Below, one piece after another: positions 61,201-64,000 of a stretch of 64,000 nucleotides of DNA (positions are counted from its first letter, which is position 1; each line of letters begins with the position of its first letter). The notes below the pieces were generated by a model. It was not told where the DNA came from and did not search any database. It saw only the letters and a program-made list of their open reading frames with translations. The translations under genes and the position numbers were made by a program. Source of the stretch: Phoronis australis (lineage: Eukaryota > Animalia > Phoronida); contig NMRA01000085.1 in NCBI GenBank assembly GCA_002633005.1, positions 674,619 to 738,618 on the forward strand, written 5' to 3'.

Positions 61201-63895
61201 TGTTATCACTTTCCTTATCCTGCTTTTTCAATGGTCTCTTCAGCTGCGTTTTTGCAATGTTCCTTGCCAAAATCTCTGATGCTGGAACTCAGTGACTTCT
61301 GGTTAGAACTCCAACATGTTTGTTTACTTGTGTCATATAAGTTTATACAAATACATTTCAGGGCTGGCTCACATTTCTGTTACGCCCCTTAATCTGTATG
61401 AAACCTTTGCAATCAGGAAATTATGAATTGCTTTGCAAACAAGTATTCCCCCAGTTGGCTAATGCCAAAACGATTGGCCAGTTGGGTCTTGACTCTAAAA
61501 TCTGGGTCACCCGATCTGACCTCATCACGAGGTCGCAATACTCATTAAGGTCATGTTTGTGTCTTCATTGGTTTGTTAAGGGAGGAAGCATTTCAAGTTG
61601 GGGTCATAGTACCAGACATATTGGGATGTACTACACTGTGACCGTAGAATGGTTCCTATAAGATTACACAACCTTCGTAATGTACACTGAGCTCTGTAGC
61701 ATGATGTTTAAAATCCTATCCTCTGGCAAGTCTTAGTGTAACCATGGTTACGTTGATGCAGGACCAAAGAAAGAATGCAAATTTGGCTAAATTTGGAACG
61801 TGATATCTCAGAATGGCTGGTCGAATTGATACGATACTTTCAGATGCTATAACATGTTATGTACTGTTCTCCGAAATGATGCTGGGATTTGTCTTTAAAA
61901 TGTTCCACTTTTGTGGAAGAAGCAATCGAAATAGGAGTTTTATGATTTTTATGAAAGAAATCAAATGTTGCGCAAAACGAAGCGATAATTTAGAAAAATG
62001 TGACAGCGTTTTGAGATTTTATTTTGGACATATGTACAATTAAAATTTGTTCATGTTATCGATACCGTTGTTTTGCTGTCAATGTACCTTTCCTTTTTTT
62101 GTTGAATTTTACTAAAAAGACATGATTTAATTAATGGCAAATTGTTAAAAATCAATTTCGCATCGTGCCTGTTTTCAGAAAATGCTATACTTTTGTCGAG
62201 TTGAAATTTATTATCCTGTCGATATTTGGCTAAATACGTAGACTTGTCATTATGGTCTTGTATTGCCTTAAAATACCTGCAGCTTAAGTAGTGGTTGGAG
62301 AATCCTGTTGTCTCTTTCTGTGTCAGCCCAGGGCCACTTTGTACAAGGAAGTATAATTAAGATAGCTAAATAGGCCCTCTTATTGGTGTCTTGGTAGACT
62401 CGGCGAGATACGGCTTTGACCCCACGACCTCACACTTGTTCGTCTGCCATGAGACCATTGGGCATCATCTGCTCTTTAATTGGCAATTTGAAAGAAATAG
62501 CTCGATTCTCTGTTACACGTCTAATGTGGATGGAAAGTATTAGTTAAGTCCACAAAATAGGAATACTTGTCTAAAGCAGAACACTGTTTTACCAGCTTAC
62601 CACAACACTGTCTTTTGGATGAAGCCCTCGTTTTTAACAACTGAAATTGATTGAAGGTTTTGAAAGGACGACAGAAGTGCAAAGCATGCTTTTCAACTAG
62701 ACACTGTCACTATAAAAAAATGTCCTGTCACATTTGTCTTTGGTGTAACTTAATGCTTCGTTCACATGCTAGCATTTTCAGCAACATCTCATCAGTAACA
62801 TTGCAAGGACCACTATTGCTGGTGCTTTGCTGGCTGTTGTGAATTACCCCTTAAGTTCTGTCATCTCTCCACCATTTTTTACCCAGACCACTCACCTATT
62901 AAATAGGTGCTCATATGTGAAAGTCACTCTTTTGTTTATTGTATTAGTGAGCTTGAGGTCAAAACTGAACACTCGAGAAGCAATTTGGATTGTGAGAATA
63001 CAAACTAGCAGCCTATAAATAATGACTCCATTGTGGAGATCATCCCTGTTTGGCTAAAACACTAGTGTTTTCGCTGCTGAAAACTGGTGCCGTTTACAAT
63101 AGATTTTACTAAAAAGACGGGATCACGTGAGCTAATTAACAATAAATTAGTATCAAGTCAAAAATCAAGATCTAAGTACACAAATGCACACCATTGAGGT
63201 CCAAGATAACTTAAATCTTGAGGTTGACTATTTTGTGCAAAGTCTCGTAATTGTAATGTTAGGCAAAGGTAGTTGGGCTTTTTCATTTTTCAAAAGGCCC
63301 TTAAAATGTTGTGAATGGCCAGTTTCGCAAAACATTGTCGGGATTTAGCTACGGCATACAAGATAAGATAGCAAAGCCTTTATTTTGTGCTACTTATGTT
63401 TCGTGAAAACACTGTAAAAATTAAATTTCACTTGTCCGTCATTTTGCGTCCTAAATTGATGAGGTTATACGTCATATTTTTGTGATAAAATTACAGACTG
63501 GCTGTAGATTTGCCTAGGTATTGCACCTTTTGAAATTTTAACAGCACTTAAAGGCCATCAGTGTGTCCAATCCACTCATTTTCTACCTATTTTATGTCTT
63601 CTACCTCATTTTACTTGTCATAGGACGTAACTCAGAATTGCAGAGCTTGTTCAGGAATCTTAGAATGGTAACATAATAGTGTTTTTAGGAAGTAATGGAG
63701 CAAAATTAGTGATTGTTGCATTGATATCCCTTAAAGAATGTGCCATTTATTTTTAAATTAAGTTCCAGTAAGAGATCACGTTGTGATCACCTTTTTGAAG
63801 ACGGGACTTATTATATTCCCCTGTTCTCTGTTTTAGGTCATCAAAACATTGTCCAAGTTGTCAAAATCTGAAGAAGCTAAGAAATCCGGAATAGT
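55207..63895 (+). CDS. VAV: VAV guanine nucleotide exchange factor, N-terminal calponin-homology domain; first 3 exons, gene runs past the window end
   Basis: Exons 55207-55419 ([16 protein letters not shown]...[12 protein letters not shown]...RPQMSQ), 59867-59983 ([11 protein letters not shown]...[10 protein letters not shown]), 63837-63895 (VIKTLSKLS...). Junctions match VAV-family positions; the intron 1 donor is GC. Confidence 0.93.
56050..56773. repeat. About 235-bp duplication (56050-56286 / 56540-56773) around the N at 56539; first copy followed by a MITE-like insert
   Basis: Direct repeat. After the shared ...actagtag, copy 1 continues CAGGGCTTCATCCAGGATTTCG while copy 2 continues tcacatctg. 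Confidence 0.75.
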
Positions 63896-64000
63896 GTAAG
63901 TATTTCACCTAGTTACTTAAAGACTGTTATGTAATAGTGACTTACAGGGATCCTGTGTTTAGAGAACCGGTTTTCTCCAATGAATAACGAGCATGAAACT

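Noticed and set aside
62385-62475. Degenerate tRNA-derived SINE head on the minus strand
   Set aside because: A and B boxes are too decayed to support.

Overview
Eukaryotic, intron-rich, AT-rich animal DNA (probably a marine invertebrate; this is inference) from a draft assembly with N gaps. Six spliced protein-coding genes can be rebuilt by hand: an SLC5A sodium/glucose cotransporter (15 exons, minus), a divergent beta-tubulin (4 exons, minus), DDX39/UAP56 (minus), bublin/C9orf16 (plus), RABEPK/p40 (minus) and the first three exons of VAV (plus). The human relatives of five of them (TUBB, DDX39, BBLN, RABEPK, VAV) lie in the MHC paralogon. Four tandem duplications each sit at an N and look like uncollapsed haplotypes. 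Introns hold many MITEs, SINE or tRNA-like remnants and simple repeats. The most interesting observations are: (1) an apparently exonic 86-aa ORF ending in a CaaX box just upstream of the RABEPK start codon, suggesting a bicistronic or alternatively spliced transcript; (2) a DDX39 intron with a strand-specific UGACC array, a near-perfect 5' splice site only 37 nt from the 3' splice site and an early in-frame stop, a candidate intron-retention autoregulation module; (3) a beta-tubulin with natural I167/K198/Y200 at benzimidazole-resistance positions; (4) two probable GC-AG first introns. All calls come from manual reading; no database searches were run.
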